A stretch of DNA of 64,000 bases. Origin: the human T2T-CHM13v2.0 reference genome, Homo sapiens. This document shows positions 33,193-47,959 of the stretch, one piece after another. Location of the stretch: NCBI RefSeq assembly GCF_009914755.1, contig NC_060928.1, one strand, 5' to 3'. The translations under genes and the position numbers were made by a program. The number at the start of each line of letters is the position of its first letter. Within the stretch, counting starts at the first letter, position 1. The notes under the pieces are model-generated. The model was not told where the DNA came from. It did not search any database and was given only the letters and a program-made list of their open reading frames with translations.

Positions 33193-36100
33193 TCATGTAT
33201 TATTTGACCATTTTTCTTTTCTATTCTTTTTTTTTTTTTTTTTGGAGATGGAGTTTCGTTCTGTCACCCAGGCTGGAGCACAGTGGGGCGATCTCGGCTC
33301 ACTGCAACGTCTGCCTCCGGGTTCAAGCGATTCTGGTGTCTCAGCCTCCCAAGTAACTGGGATTACAGGCACACACCACCACATCAGGCTAATTTTTTTG
33401 TATTTTTAGTAGAGACGGGGTTTCACCATGTTGGCCAGGCTGGCCTCGAACTCCTGACCTCAGGTGATCCATCTTCCTCAGCCTCCCAAAGTGCTGGGAT
33501 TACAGGGGTGAGCCACTGCGCCCGGCCATCATTCGACAATTTTTCTATTAAGTTGATAGACTATCTTTTGACTTTGCTTTTTTCAAAAAAAAAATTTCTT
33601 TTCACCTTTCATAGGATTTTGATTAAAAATAAAAAAAGCTATATGCTTTATCTTTTAGAGTTTTACGTTCCTAGAAAAGTTGAGCCACAAAGTACAAAAA
33701 ATTGCTACACATTTCCCAACCACATAACCTTTCTCACCACCAACATCGCACATCATAAAGGTCTATTTGTTTCGATCCATAAACTAACATGAACACATCA
33801 TTATCACTGAAACTCCACAATTTATATGAGGGCTCACTCTAGGTGTTGTATATTCTATGGGTTTTGACAAATGTATAACAACATGTATCTGTCATTATAG
33901 TATCACACAGAGTAGTTCCCTTGTCCTAAAATCCCCTATGCCTATAATTCCTCCTTTCCTTTCAATAGAGCCTATATAGTGAATTTTTGTGAATTGTTCT
34001 TGGGACCTAGAAAGAAGGGGTGCTCTCTGTTTTCAGGGCCTAGAGCTCAATATATATTAACTAAGTCCTCTTTATTGATTTGTTTAGATCTCCTATATCC
34101 TTACTTTTTTGTCCACTTGATCTGCCTTGGACCGAAACAGTGAATTAAGTCTCTTACTGCTAATATATTTATGTCAATTTCTCATGGTATCTCCTGAAAC
34201 TTTTGCTTTATGAAAATTACTTTGTTATTTAATAGTTATTTGGTGCATATCCATAATGTTCAAATTCACTGTGAAATATACACTTTAGCTTTATGAATAT
34301 CCTTCTTTGTCTCAAATAATGACTTTTGGTCTGAATTCCACCTCTTGTTTGCCTTTACATGTATACTTTTGCCCTTCAGAACTACTTTGTCATCATTACA
34401 AACAAAATAACAAACAAAAAACCAACAGATTTTACTGGTGATCCAATTTGAAAATCTTTTCACAGTAGGTTAGCTAAGGACATTTAAAATGTATTGACAT
34501 GACAGACATGGTTGGTCTTAGTTTTACCATATTTTACTTTGGTTTAATATCTTTGGGTAATAATTTTTAAAAAGTCTTTCATTGTCTGTTTTCTTTTTTG
34601 TGCAATTACCATTTTTCTGATAATTAGGATGATGTATATTTTCATTATAATATGTGTTTCTGATTCTATCTTTTTAACTGTAATTTTAAATATTTTACTT
34701 AATACCATTAATCCTCTATTTCTTTACACAGAAACTATTAACTCCCTACTATGAGCACTTATGAAATTAGCTTGTATAATCTTACTGCCCATCCACACAA
34801 CATGGTTATAGTCAATAGTATTATCTTTCTCAGTGTTTACCTTTGAACTCCTTATACTTCTACTAACTGATCTGTCAGCTTTAAATGATGTCCTTTGACT
34901 CATAGCCATTACAGATGTGGCAATTCACAAACTTATTCTACCTCCAATTTCTTTCCTCTTCTCTTTTTATTAGTTGTATAATCAATCCCTTACATTATTG
35001 GACATTTAACATTTACATTTTATTCTTTCTTCCTCATTCTCACTTTTGTTCCAGTCTCAGTCCTGCAGTTAAAATGCATACTCAATGCTCTCCAAGAGTA
35101 TTTTTGCCAGTTTCCTTACTCAGCTCCAGAGTTTATCCTCTAACATTTTCCTTAAGATTGCCTTAAACATATGCTCCGAGTCTTGTACCTGCAAATTGTT
35201 TATATTTGAAGGAGATTTTATAGAGGAAAAAATTAAGACACAGAAAGTTAGACAATCTGTACATGCTAGCAAGGGGGCAAGGGGCAGAGCCAAGATGGAA
35301 CTTGCAAGTTTAGCTCCAGAGTTCTTTCTACTTCCAACAAGTTCAGGTATTCAATTTTTATATCATAGAGGAAATATTAACATTTAGAAGAAACAATAAC
35401 AAAGCAACCAGCATGCATGATGAAACTGAAGAAATGCATTTTAGAAATTGTGTTAGGTTAGAGCAAAGTGAGATTAGGAGGCAGGATGTATCACATGGTT
35501 AAAAGCATGGTCTCTGGAGTTAATCCTCAATTTAACTACTGGCTCTGTTACTTATTAGCTATGATACTTTGGACACATTATTTAACCTCCCTGAGCCCCA
35601 GTTTCTACATTCGTAAAATAGGGAAAAGAGTGACAACCTCATGGGATGCTGTGAGGTTCCAATGAGATCATACGTTTTATAATAGGGAGCCAAAAAAAGT
35701 GCTCAGCACATGGGTTAGTGCTTTTGATAGGTTTGCTATTTTTAAAGATTACCACTATCATGAGATTAAACAAGAAAACTTCAGGGTTATTTGGGGGGAA
35801 AAATTCCAACTTTCTAAGATATAAAAAAGGCATTTATTTTCTTACATGAATCTCCTCTTCTTCCTCTTTGCCAACTGTCTCACCTAATCTTTAATAATAA
35901 ATTCAAGTTCCAGCTCCTCCATGAAAACTGCCCTGATGATTCAATCCACATTGATCTAAATACTCCCCGACAAGTTTGTACTTGTCAATACTATGATTTA
36001 AGCATTTTATAATAACGTCATTATATTTTAATAAACATTTTGTAACATTCTACTAGCACATATTGTTTACATATTTTCCAATTACCTTTTTTTAACCAGT

Positions 36101-36625
36101 TGCCTTATGTGCTATCTTATCTCACCAACTAGACAAATAACGTCTTTTTTCAAAACTTTTACCCCTTTTTAGACTCAAAATTGCTTAGCACAGAAGGAGA
36201 TATACAGAAAGTTTTGATTTATTTTAAATGTTTATATTTAGGGGAAAACAAGTAGACTAATGAGCTAGAGTGACCAGTTTCAGATAAAACATTTACTTTT
36301 AAATTCTTAACTCTTTAAAGGATCATTTACTTTTTAAAAAAGGAGAAAGTATGGTTAAGGGGGAAAAGGTTATAAGATGCCTTCAGAATAATTTCTAAAA
36401 GTGAAATCAAAATAGCTGTATTATTAAAAAAATGGAATACAATTATAGTATTTCTAAGACCTAAGTACAAGGACTACCTAATTCATTAATGCTTGGTTAA
36501 TGTGTAACATTGACTGAAAAAGAAAGAGACACATTTATAAGAACATAAAATAGTTAAATGTGAATTCAAAGCATTTACTAAAGTTTATTTCTTAGCCTTA
36601 GTACTCAATGTTCTAAGAAAACATT

Positions 36626-36674
36626 GAGAAAAGAAAAGAAAAGAAAAGAAAAGAAAAAAGAAAGGAAAAGAAAA
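36626..36674. repeat. (GAAAA)n simple repeat
   Basis: Read directly. Confidence 0.9.
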
Positions 36675-37018
36675 TTGTGTGGGCTTGTTCATACATGCCA
36701 TCTCCAAGACAGTATCTATAGCACGGCAATTAAGAGCATGGGGTCTAGGGCAGACACCCTCAGTTTAAATTCCAGCTTCACTATGTCCACCTCTGACTTT
36801 AATCATGTCGCTTTATCCATGTATGTCCTGGCTCCTCTCTCATTAAAATAAGGAGAACAGTATCTATACTACAGGGTTGTTGTGAGAAATAAGTGGTATT
36901 ACTCAGAGTGGTTAGAACAGTGCCTGGCATATATAAACAAATGCTCATAAATGACAGTTATTACAAACATCACTACTTAAAACGTCTACCACCACGAAAC
37001 TTCAAAAATACATCTATT

Positions 37019-37960
<942 letters not shown>

Positions 37961-39158
37961 CTAGACTAGAACTCTTTATTTTTCATGCAACTTTCTCTCA
38001 ATAATTGCATTCAATTAGGTGGAAACTTTTTTATTTCTGCTCATTTTCAAAGTGTAAATTTTGTGAAGCAATACTAAAACCCACCAGCACTGTTCTTTGA
38101 AAAATACCAACCTTGCAATGCTATATACAGAGCTGATCCATAACTCAGAAAGCAAGTAAAAAGTTAAAGAGGTAATAGAATTGGAACTTGGATTCCCAAA
38201 CCAGGTATACAATCCCTAGTTGGCACTGCTTTCAGTAAAAATCCATTTTCTGCAGGCAAAATATCTCAATATGGATAGAAACAATTGTTTAGAGGATTTA
38301 TTTAGTATTTTCAATGTTCTAGGTTCATTTCACTCAACCCAAACCAAATCAAAGGAGAAAGCAACTGTGCACTGGTTACTGAACTAATTGGTGTCATACT
38401 AATCTTCAGTATAATAAAACTTTTTGAGCTGAAATTAACCTAATGACATTCCTAACAACAATGTAATCAATGTAAATCAATCTAGTAATATCCCCTTACA
38501 GGAGTTTTTAACTTGTAAACTTCATAATATTATGTATATAGAAAATCCTACATGTCACTTGAAAGCAGGAGCTTGAGTCCAGCCTGGGGAACGCAGTGAG
38601 ACCCCCATCTCTATAAAAAATAAGATTAGTTGGGCGTGCGCCACGTGCATATTCCTAGCTACTTCTGAGGCTGAGGCGGGAGGATCTCTTGAGCCCAAAA
38701 GTTCAAGGTTATAGTGAGCTATGACTGCACCACTGCACTCCAATCTGGGCAACAAAGAGGGACCCTGTCTCAAAAAAAAAAAAAAAAGTAAAAGAAAAAA
38801 AAAGAAAATCCTACATGTGTGTATATGTGCATTCTTCCAATGCTTTCATTAGATTCCCGTAAGACAGTGAAATCCCCCCAAAATTTTGAATCATTGCTCT
38901 TCACAGTTTACAAATTTATTTCTATTCCCATGTTATTAGTTTCAATAAAGAATTTGCTTATATAAAATTAAGCAATATCATTATAAATCCACCTCAAATT
39001 TCAAATTTCACAAATAACCGCGGACGTATTTAAGATAAAATCACTACAAAACTACAAAAACACTACGAGTTATCCAAAAGTTCTTAAGAGTCTACAAACC
39101 TCTCCCTGAGCTGTTAATTAAGGGATAGTGAGAAACAAGGAGCACAGAAGAACCACTA

Positions 39159-39344
<186 letters not shown>

Positions 39345-40029
39345 TCAGGAGGCTGAGACGGAGGTTGCAGTGAGCTGAGATCGCGCCACTGCACTCCAGC
39401 CTGGGTGACAGAGCGAGACTCCGTCTCAAAAAAAAAAAAAAAAAAAAAAAGGAGAGTAAGCTTTTGCCAACTCTTGAATAAACGGAGGTACAGAAAACGC
39501 AGGACGCTGTAACAAGAACACACCCTTATCGATTAAATACAGTTATAACTGCCCACAAAGACAACCAAATTTCAGTTTTCTATAGTTAGAAAAAATAAGT
39601 TAGGAGAAAGGATTTGTCACAGACTATCAGATCACTGCAACTTCAAATAGCCCTACGTAAAATTAATTCCTTAAGCGCAAGAAAAAATTTATAATGCCCA
39701 CAAGTCCAGGCAATATTTTGGTTTATTTTACAACAGCCCCGTAATTTAACAACTTATTAGCAAAAACATGTAACACTTAATGAGACTGCCCTCAAAGTAC
39801 AGGCTGCGCCTGGCTACCACCGTCCTTAAAATAATCCTAGTTAAATGACAGTAGACGTCAGTTCAAACCTATGAACCTTTAAATCTGGCAATAGTTCAAG
39901 TACAAAAAAAAATCCTAACCAAAGCCAAAGTAATCCTGAGATTTTTTTTCCTTTCCTCACCCTCGGGGACCGCACCTCTTTGTGCACAAGGGTCTGAAAG
40001 TCTCCTAATCTCAAACTCCAGTTACCAGC

Positions 40030-40810
40030 CCGGCTACTACTCCCCGGCAAGACACTGTCGCCAGCCTCGGGTGGCTTTTGCTCAGCAGTGGAGACGTCGG
40101 CGAATGCGGACGGGCGCGATCACTGGAGTCCAGATGCCAGGCGTTGTTCCGCCGGGCCCGAAACCAAGACTAGGGGCGCGCCGTCACCAGAGACCGGGCC
40201 TCAGGCTGGTGCGGGGCAGCGGAGACCCAGGCTGCGGTCCCAGTTTTGGCCTGGGCTCTACCTCAAAGCTTAAGGACCGGCGAAGAGGACAAAAAGCAAC
40301 GGGCGGACGCACCTGGCGAGGACCTTCGGCAGCCGGATCCTGCGTTAGTGCAGCGCTCGTCGGACTCTCCCAGCATTCGCCGCCGCCCCTCCTCCCCGGC
40401 CAGGGCCACCTCCACGTTCCGTTCCAACGTGGCAGCCGCAGCCGCAGCCACGCCCTGCGCCCAACACTTCCGGGAGCGACATCTTTCCCCGCCCACCCGA
40501 CGCACAGCCCGCCACGGCACTTCCGGGACCGGCGGTAGCCTGGGAGGCGGGGTACGGCTCCGCTGGTTGGTGGCGCTCTGCGGTCATCGCGCCCCGGCGA
40601 TCGTAGAAACCCTTTTCTGAGGGGCGGCGCGCAGAATGTGGATGGGGTAGCCAGGACTAGTGGGTAAAGGACTAGTGCAGAGGGTGTCCCCGTCTGGCCG
40701 AATAACCGCCGTGGCCCGCAGGAACGCCACGTAGCACTAGTCCTGTGAGGCGTCGGCAGCCCCTGGCGACACTGCCCGCGCCAAACCAGGTGGAAAATCG
40801 GGCTGCAAGG
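40030..40810 (-). promoter_or_regulatory. CpG-island promoter of SEC31A
   Basis: GC/CpG-rich; two ETS motifs CACTTCCGG (40465, 40518); GC boxes; CCACGT/ACGTGG motifs. Confidence 0.85.
40313..40500 (-). other. SEC31A: SEC31A exon 1 (5' UTR; TSS approximate); alternative donor would extend it to 40262
   Basis: Inside CpG island; donors CCAG|gtgcgt (40312) and GAG|gtagag (40261). Confidence 0.8.
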
Positions 40811-41279
40811 GCTTTATTGTAATTTGTGACTGAGTTCTTAAAATTACCCACTTGATTGCACATTCTGGCGTTTTGAGAACTTATACAAAGTGAAACAATC
40901 TGGGCATTCCCAAAGGCTATTGTGGACAAAGAGGTATAGATGGGGTGTTATATTCCAATTAGTACCGTTTCATACTTGTTACTATCCCATGGTATTGAGA
41001 CCCGGTAGCACTCACCTTCTGCCACTGTTTCTCCACAACCTCAAATCTAATTAGATGCGTTGCCTAAGTGTACTTTTAGTTTAGGGAGGAATTATTTTAC
41101 AGCAAGGTAAAGCCAAAGGAAAATCACTTGCTAAATTACCAGAAATTGGATTCAACCCAGATCTCCTAACTTCTAGACAAGTTCTTTTCTCATTACATCT
41201 AGCATTCAAAGCCAACTCTTGCACTTTGGGTAGCTAAAGCAGAAGGATCCTGCCCCTTGAACAGCAGCAGTGTTAACAT

Positions 41280-42122
41280 TCCCACAGTCAGCTACATCTT
41301 CTGTAACATTCCATCTGAAGCTTGCAGCTTCATAAGATAGCTTAACATCAATTCACGCCAACTTCTGAAATAATGAACCCAACTTTTACTGGTAGTAATA
41401 TATTCTCTTTCAGTCTTCTAATTACCATTTTCTTTCAACGCAGTAACTAAGGTTATCACTTTGGCCTGAATGCTAGTCAAACTGATTGGGATTTGTTTTT
41501 GATTAGTCTTCAATTCAAACAAGTAAATGCTCCATTTCAACCGCAAGCAGCTTTCTGTTCCTAGTGCAATTAAAACTGAAAGACGTTGAAGCAACTTTAC
41601 CTTTTTACATTTATCAGACTTTTTCAATAGGCTTGTATTACAGCTTCATGCAGGTCTGGGTCTCAACCTATCTTTGCTTTGCTGTCACCACTTTCAAATC
41701 TAATCACATCCAATTTCACTTCCAGCATTATCACTTTTCTTTGCTGCTCTGTCCTTTGTTGACCAATTACCTCTTTTAATTATCCATTTTTATAAATGGT
41801 CACAAGTTTAATCTCTGGGGTCAAGGAGGCAACAGTACTATGCACTTTGTGCTCTGCTATCTGTGCATGAACTAAACAGATGATCAGTAACAAATCAACA
41901 AACTTTGAAAGCAAAGTAATGTAACTGGCGACTGATCATGATGCACATCTTTTTTTTGGAGGGGGGGGCACAATGATTTGTGGACTAAAGAGCTAGCAGC
42001 AAAATTTATGCAAGTTTTCTCAGTACTGTGGTAATGGAATTATTAACCACATTGTTGGACTGGTTTTATTTAACTGTGGTCACTGATATTTACGCATATT
42101 GGAACTGTGCAAAGACTGCCTG
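41280..42122 (-). mobile_element. Tigger-type (TcMar/pogo) DNA transposon 5' fragment, possibly Tigger6-like
   Basis: Minus-strand start TA-CAGGCAGTC-TTTGCACAGTTCC resembles a Tigger TIR, followed by a decayed Lys-rich ORF start; family from memory, left boundary uncertain. Confidence 0.55.
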
Positions 42123-42929
42123 TATCTAAAAAAAGAAAAACTCTTTAGTTCACAAAACTAAATCCAATTTAGTTAACTACTATCCAAGCCTAATCCTGAA
42201 TCAAATAAAAACTGAATTGCTCACTAGAAGAATGTTTGGAGAGAATTTAATGACAAATTTTTCAAATTAGGATTTGCATAGCACAAAGATATTCTAGGTT
42301 TTTTTAGAGACAGGTTTTTGCTGTGTTGCCCAGGCTGGAGTGTGGTGGCAATGATCACAGCGCGCTGCAGCTTCAACATCCAGGGTGCAAGTGATCCTCC
42401 CACCTCAGCCTCCCAAGTAGCTAGGACTACAGGCACACAACACCATGCCTGGTTAATTATTTTATTTTCTGTAGACACAGGGACTCATTTTGTTGCCCAT
42501 ACTGGTCTGGAACTCCTGGCCTCCAGGGATCCTTCTGCTTTAGCCACCCAAAGTGCAAGGATTATAGGCATGAGCCTCCATGCCCATTTGACATTCTTTT
42601 GGGAATTCAGATCCCTTCCCCTCATTTCAACAGTCTTGATGTCTGCAAAGAGTGAAGTTGTAGACAAAACAATCATCACAAGATACATGAATGTTTATGT
42701 AACTTTTTCCATAGCAGCCAGTACTATGCTTACACCTCAGTAAAACAGTAGCATCCATTTCATTGTTTTAGTTTGTTTCTGAATGCATTTATTTCACAAA
42801 TTTGTTTAAGGGCTATAAACAAAATTTGTATCAACTTGTTTGTATATATTTACAAAACAGAAAATTAAGTCAGCATTAAGTCAACATGAGTAGTCACAGA
42901 ATTTTTCCCCTTTATAAATGGTACATATT

Positions 42930-44182
42930 CAAGGAGACTTCAAAAAGTTTGTGGAAAAATGGTTAAAAGATAAAAAATATAAACTATATTTTTGAACATT
43001 AGCTCTATAGCATTCAAGACACTTTTGTAAGTGATGATACCAGCTATTTAGTCCATCCCTAAAGAACTGAGAGTTCTGGGAATTTATCTACATCAATGCA
43101 GTTTCTTTATACATTAACTTGAGAAAAATGTACTGCCCTGAAAAATTTTTTTAAGATTAGGAAACAAAAAGTCAGAAGGTGCCAAACCAGGACTGTAGGG
43201 TGGATGCCTAGTGATTTCCCATCAAAACTCTTGCAAAATGGCCTTGTTTGATGAGAGGGATGAGCAGGAACATTGTTGTGGTGAAGAACTCTCTGGTCTT
43301 TCTCGGGGATTTTTCTGCTGAAGCTTTGGCTAAGTTTCTCAAAACACTCCCATGATAAGCACGTTACCATTCTTTGGCCCTACAGAAAGTCAACAAGCAA
43401 AATGCCTTGAGCATTCAAAAGCTGTTGCCATGACCTTTGCTCTCAACCAGTCCTCTTGTGCTTTAACTGAACTACTTATCTTGGTAACCACTGCTTTGTT
43501 TTGTCTTCAGGATTGCGCTGGTAAAGCCATGTTTCATCTCCTGTTACAATTTTTCAATGAAAGGCTTCAAGATCCTGATCCCATTTATTTAAAATTTCCA
43601 TTGAAAGCTCTATTCTTGTCTGTAGCTGATCTGGGTGCAATGGTTTTGGTACCTATCAGGTATAAAGTTTGCTGAACTTTTCCAGTCAAAATTGTGTAAG
43701 GTGAACCAACTGAGATGTCTATGGTGTTGGCTGTTGTTTCTGCTGTTAATTGTTGGTTTTCTTCAATTACGCCATGAACTAACTTTTTTCTCACAAACTG
43801 ATGTGGATGATCTGCCACTGTGGGCTTCTTCTTCAACATTACCTTATGCCTTCTTAAAACGAGTTATCCATTTGTAAACTGATTTCTTTGGAGCACTGTC
43901 CCTATCAACTTTTCATAAAGCATCAATTAGTTCACCATTCTTCCACCCAAGTGTCAACATATATTTGATGTTTGTTCTTGCTTCAATTTTAGCAGAATTC
44001 GTGTTGTTCTGATAGAGCCTCTTTTCAAACTGATGTCTTATTCTTCTTAGTGCTTCAAACTAGATCCTGTTCAGACATGTTATAACAAGTTAGTAGGAGT
44101 TTATTTTGGTCCAAAAATTTTGAAATCCATGCATAGTTTTTTCATGATATGCATTTTCCATGCACTTTTTCAAGACCCCTCA
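42930..44182 (-). mobile_element. Near full-length decayed HSMAR2 mariner transposon
   Basis: About 31-bp TIRs (CAAGGAGACTTCAAAAAGTTTGTGGAAAA / TTTTCCATGCACTTTTTCAAGACCCCTCA), TA on the right; transposase remnants TAETTANTIDISVGSPYTILT and LHHNNVPAH (HDNA-like); start codon appears as ACG near 44002. Confidence 0.9.
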
Positions 44183-44525
44183 TATTTTCTTAAATTTGAG
44201 AAACAACTACAATAACAAGCCTAATTCATGACAGAACTAGTATTAGATTTAAGATTCCCAGTTTCCTATCACCTTCTTTTCTACTGTTCCTGAACAGTTC
44301 CTTAAGTTATAGGCTAGTCATCCTTGGCATATCTAACAGTCATTTGTAAACCCTGGATCTTTAAGAATATCAGGTGCTGAAAAGATTATATCATTATTTC
44401 TAAGAAAAGATAACCAACAGCCAGGTGTGGTGGCTTATGACTATAATCCCAGCACTTTGGGAGGCTGAGGTTGGTGGCTGGAAGTTTGAGACCAGTCTGG
44501 CCAACATGGCAAAACATGGTCTCTA

Positions 44526-44729
<204 letters not shown>

Positions 44730-45071
44730 CTATTAATTAAAAAAATACTATTTTGAAATAATACTTATCTTTAAAAGCTGGAAGAGTAAGGAAAAGAAAT
44801 TTTTAATTCAGAGTACAGTATCCACATTAGGCTGAAATAAATGTCAATTTTCTGCTCATACCTGACCTTTTCTGTGTTCTTTTATCAAAATAAATGTGTA
44901 AGTCCCATACCTTATTATATAAATCTTCAACTTCTTGATCAAATAAATATGACAAATGATGTTCTCTAAGAAAAACACCCTTCAATTTTATTCCTAAAAC
45001 GAAAAACATTCAAAGGAACTCATTGTGCAGAAACACAATATATACAAGCCTCATCATTTTCTTTTTCTATT

Positions 45072-45147
45072 ATGTCCTCATCCACATACATTAATCACAA
45101 CAAATCATGATGTGAACAGCAGTGGAAAAAATTTAATCATTGGACAT
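45072..45147 (-). ncRNA. SNORD143: Box C/D snoRNA (probably SNORD143), guide for 28S rRNA 2'-O-methylation
   Basis: Terminal stem ATGTCC/GGACAT; C box ATGATTA, D' ATGA, C' GTGATTA, D ATGA; guide ACTGCTGTTCACAT; about 77 nt upstream of the acceptor at 44994. Confidence 0.85.
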
Positions 45148-45422
45148 TTATTTCTTGAACTTCAGCTCTAGTTGTAAGATTCTCATTGCTTAGCTCTTTA
45201 AAACAAATGCATATATTTATCTAATGTAGAACAGTTAAGACCTCCAATTTTACTATAATTGGGAAAAAAACTCAGAACAAAGATTATGTCAAGTGTATCA
45301 CTGTATTGACTTTGTTAACCTGCTATACATCTGACACAAGGGTAGGTGTTCAACAAGTGAAATACCAATCCTAAAAAGCCAGAAGTCTGTATCTGCTTTC
45401 ATAGGGTTATTATGAGAAATAA

Positions 45423-45767
<345 letters not shown>

Positions 45768-46851
45768 TAAAAATCTTAGCAGCCTGGGCAACACGGCAAA
45801 ACCCCTTCTCTACCAAAAATACAAAAAATTAGCCAGGTGTGGTGGCACACGCCTGCAGTTCCAGCTACTTAGAGAAGCTAACTGGAACTAGAGTATGGCT
45901 AGAAATTAGGTATTCCTACTCATATAATTTTCCTTGGGGTGATACTAACTTGGAAAGTTGAACTTTCTAAGAATTTTTCAAGGAATATTGTCCAATTTCT
46001 TCTGTGCAGTTATACAAATATTTGCTATAGGATGGAGTAAAGGTACAGATGTACAGCATCATTGAAGGAGTTTGACCTTTTTCCCCAAAGCTTGATTTTT
46101 ATCCACTATGATGAATACATTTTACTAAATACTTGCTACTCTTTTCCTTCTGCTGCTTCCACCCCCACCTCCCACAGGCTTCTACTCCTCATCAGCAAAA
46201 TATAGACCTTGTCAAGCAATCAGAATGTTCCTAATTGGCAGAACACTAATTCGTGCCTGAGATTTATAATCTTTTGAGTCTTCTTGTTTTCCTTTCATCA
46301 CTGCTCAAAAGTTCTATTAGAAGAAAAAACACTCCCCCTTTTCCTTTAAGTCCTAGCACTGCTTCTGATATTTGGAAACCACTTGTCTAATAACAGAAGC
46401 ATTACGTATAAAACAAAGCATAACTAGTTTTGGAGCGTATTAGGGTGTAGCTGCCCCTCCATATCAGGCTTGATGCTGAGAAGACACTTCCAAGTTAGCA
46501 TGAGATTCTAGAAGTAGAAATAATTATGTAACAAATAATGATATAACAATAATTTCAAAACTCCATGGCTTTCTGAAACAAAAGACAGAACTCAAACAAT
46601 GAAAAATTCGGCAACACAAAAGGGTAGGTCCTCAACAAGCAAGATACCAACCCTAGAAAGCAAGAAGTCTATACCTGCTTTCATAGAGTTATTATGAGAA
46701 ATAAATATTGTTTAAGAAAACCAACTCTTTCTATATACTGTATATAAAAAGCTTAGCAGCCTGGGCAACATGGTAAAACCCTGTCTCTACCAAATATACA
46801 AAAAAAAATTAGCCAGGTGTAGTGGTACATGCATGTGGTCCCAGCTACTTA

Positions 46852-46983
<132 letters not shown>

Positions 46984-47362
46984 TTAAAAAAAGCTCAGCA
47001 TAATTTGTGGCCCATAGTAACTGGCCAATAAATAAATATCTGTTATTATTCTTTCCAAGTGGACAATTAATGAGATTATATACCATAAAATAGGTAGATT
47101 TCATTAAAGCCTTAATAAATGTTTTTTACTTGGACAATCCTCCATTTCCAACTCACTGCTATAGTTCCAGGAATACTTAATACATTTAAAATAGAAAGAT
47201 ATACTACCTTCCCTGCATATTTTGAGTAATTATCTTCCAAGACCCATGTATCTTTTCTCAACATCTCTGAGAGTACAATTCCTGAAAAGAGATATTTTCT
47301 TTTAAAATTTTTTGTGCAATAGTCAATGCCTTTGCAAATAACACTATCTTTAATACAGCTTA

Positions 47363-47441
47363 CATATCCTCATTTAAGTATTCAATAATCACAACGGTTC
47401 ATTATGTGAACAGCAGTGAAAAGGTTTAATCACTGGATATG
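47363..47441 (-). ncRNA. SNORD144: Box C/D snoRNA (probably SNORD144), paralogue of the 45072 copy
   Basis: Terminal stem CATATCC/GGATATG; C box GTGATTA, D' ATGA, C' GTGATTA, D ATGA; same 14-nt guide; about 80 nt upstream of the acceptor at 47282. Confidence 0.85.
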
Positions 47442-47959
47442 AAGTTACTAGAAGAAGCAATGATATAACCAAATGATCAGATTGAGAACTTCCATGTCAA
47501 CAGTAAAATAATCACAACAACAAAAAAAGCATAGATAAGTTATAAACAAATGTAAAGATACAAAAATACAACTAAGAAAAAAAAATTCCATCTATAAAGG
47601 ATTACTTATTTCCTATGCAGAAGTAAATATCTAGAGCAGTGACCCCTTGCGGCTATTGCCTTCATTTAAGTAAATCTGTTCTGATAAAAGCAGTTTTCAG
47701 AAATTCATCTGAAATTAACAATTAAAGGAATGTTGTCAGAATAATGTAGGAAGCACACTATTTCATCTTTAGGAAAGGCAAATAGTTGCAATCCAATTAA
47801 ACAGGAAAGAAAACAGCCCTCATTTCAGATGATGAACTGGCAGCAGTACTTTCAACTCTACCTTAAGAAAATGGCAAGTGAATGCCTGTATCTGCAAACT
47901 TTTGAGTCCTTAAGAAAAGGCAAACACCACGATGAGACAGCCACTTCACATGCACAAAA

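Noticed and set aside
33283-33792. 169-aa ORF and the many similar LECSG/PASAS/GITG ORFs
   Set aside because: Translations of Alu sequence
40071-40929. Several 60-155 aa ORFs in the SEC31A CpG island
   Set aside because: Stop-poor GC-rich DNA with Arg/Gly/Pro bias; only the ATG at 40376 has splice-phase support
43107-44002. Functional second transposase gene
   Set aside because: HSMAR2 ORF is fragmented, lacks its ATG, and has a mutated catalytic-motif Asp
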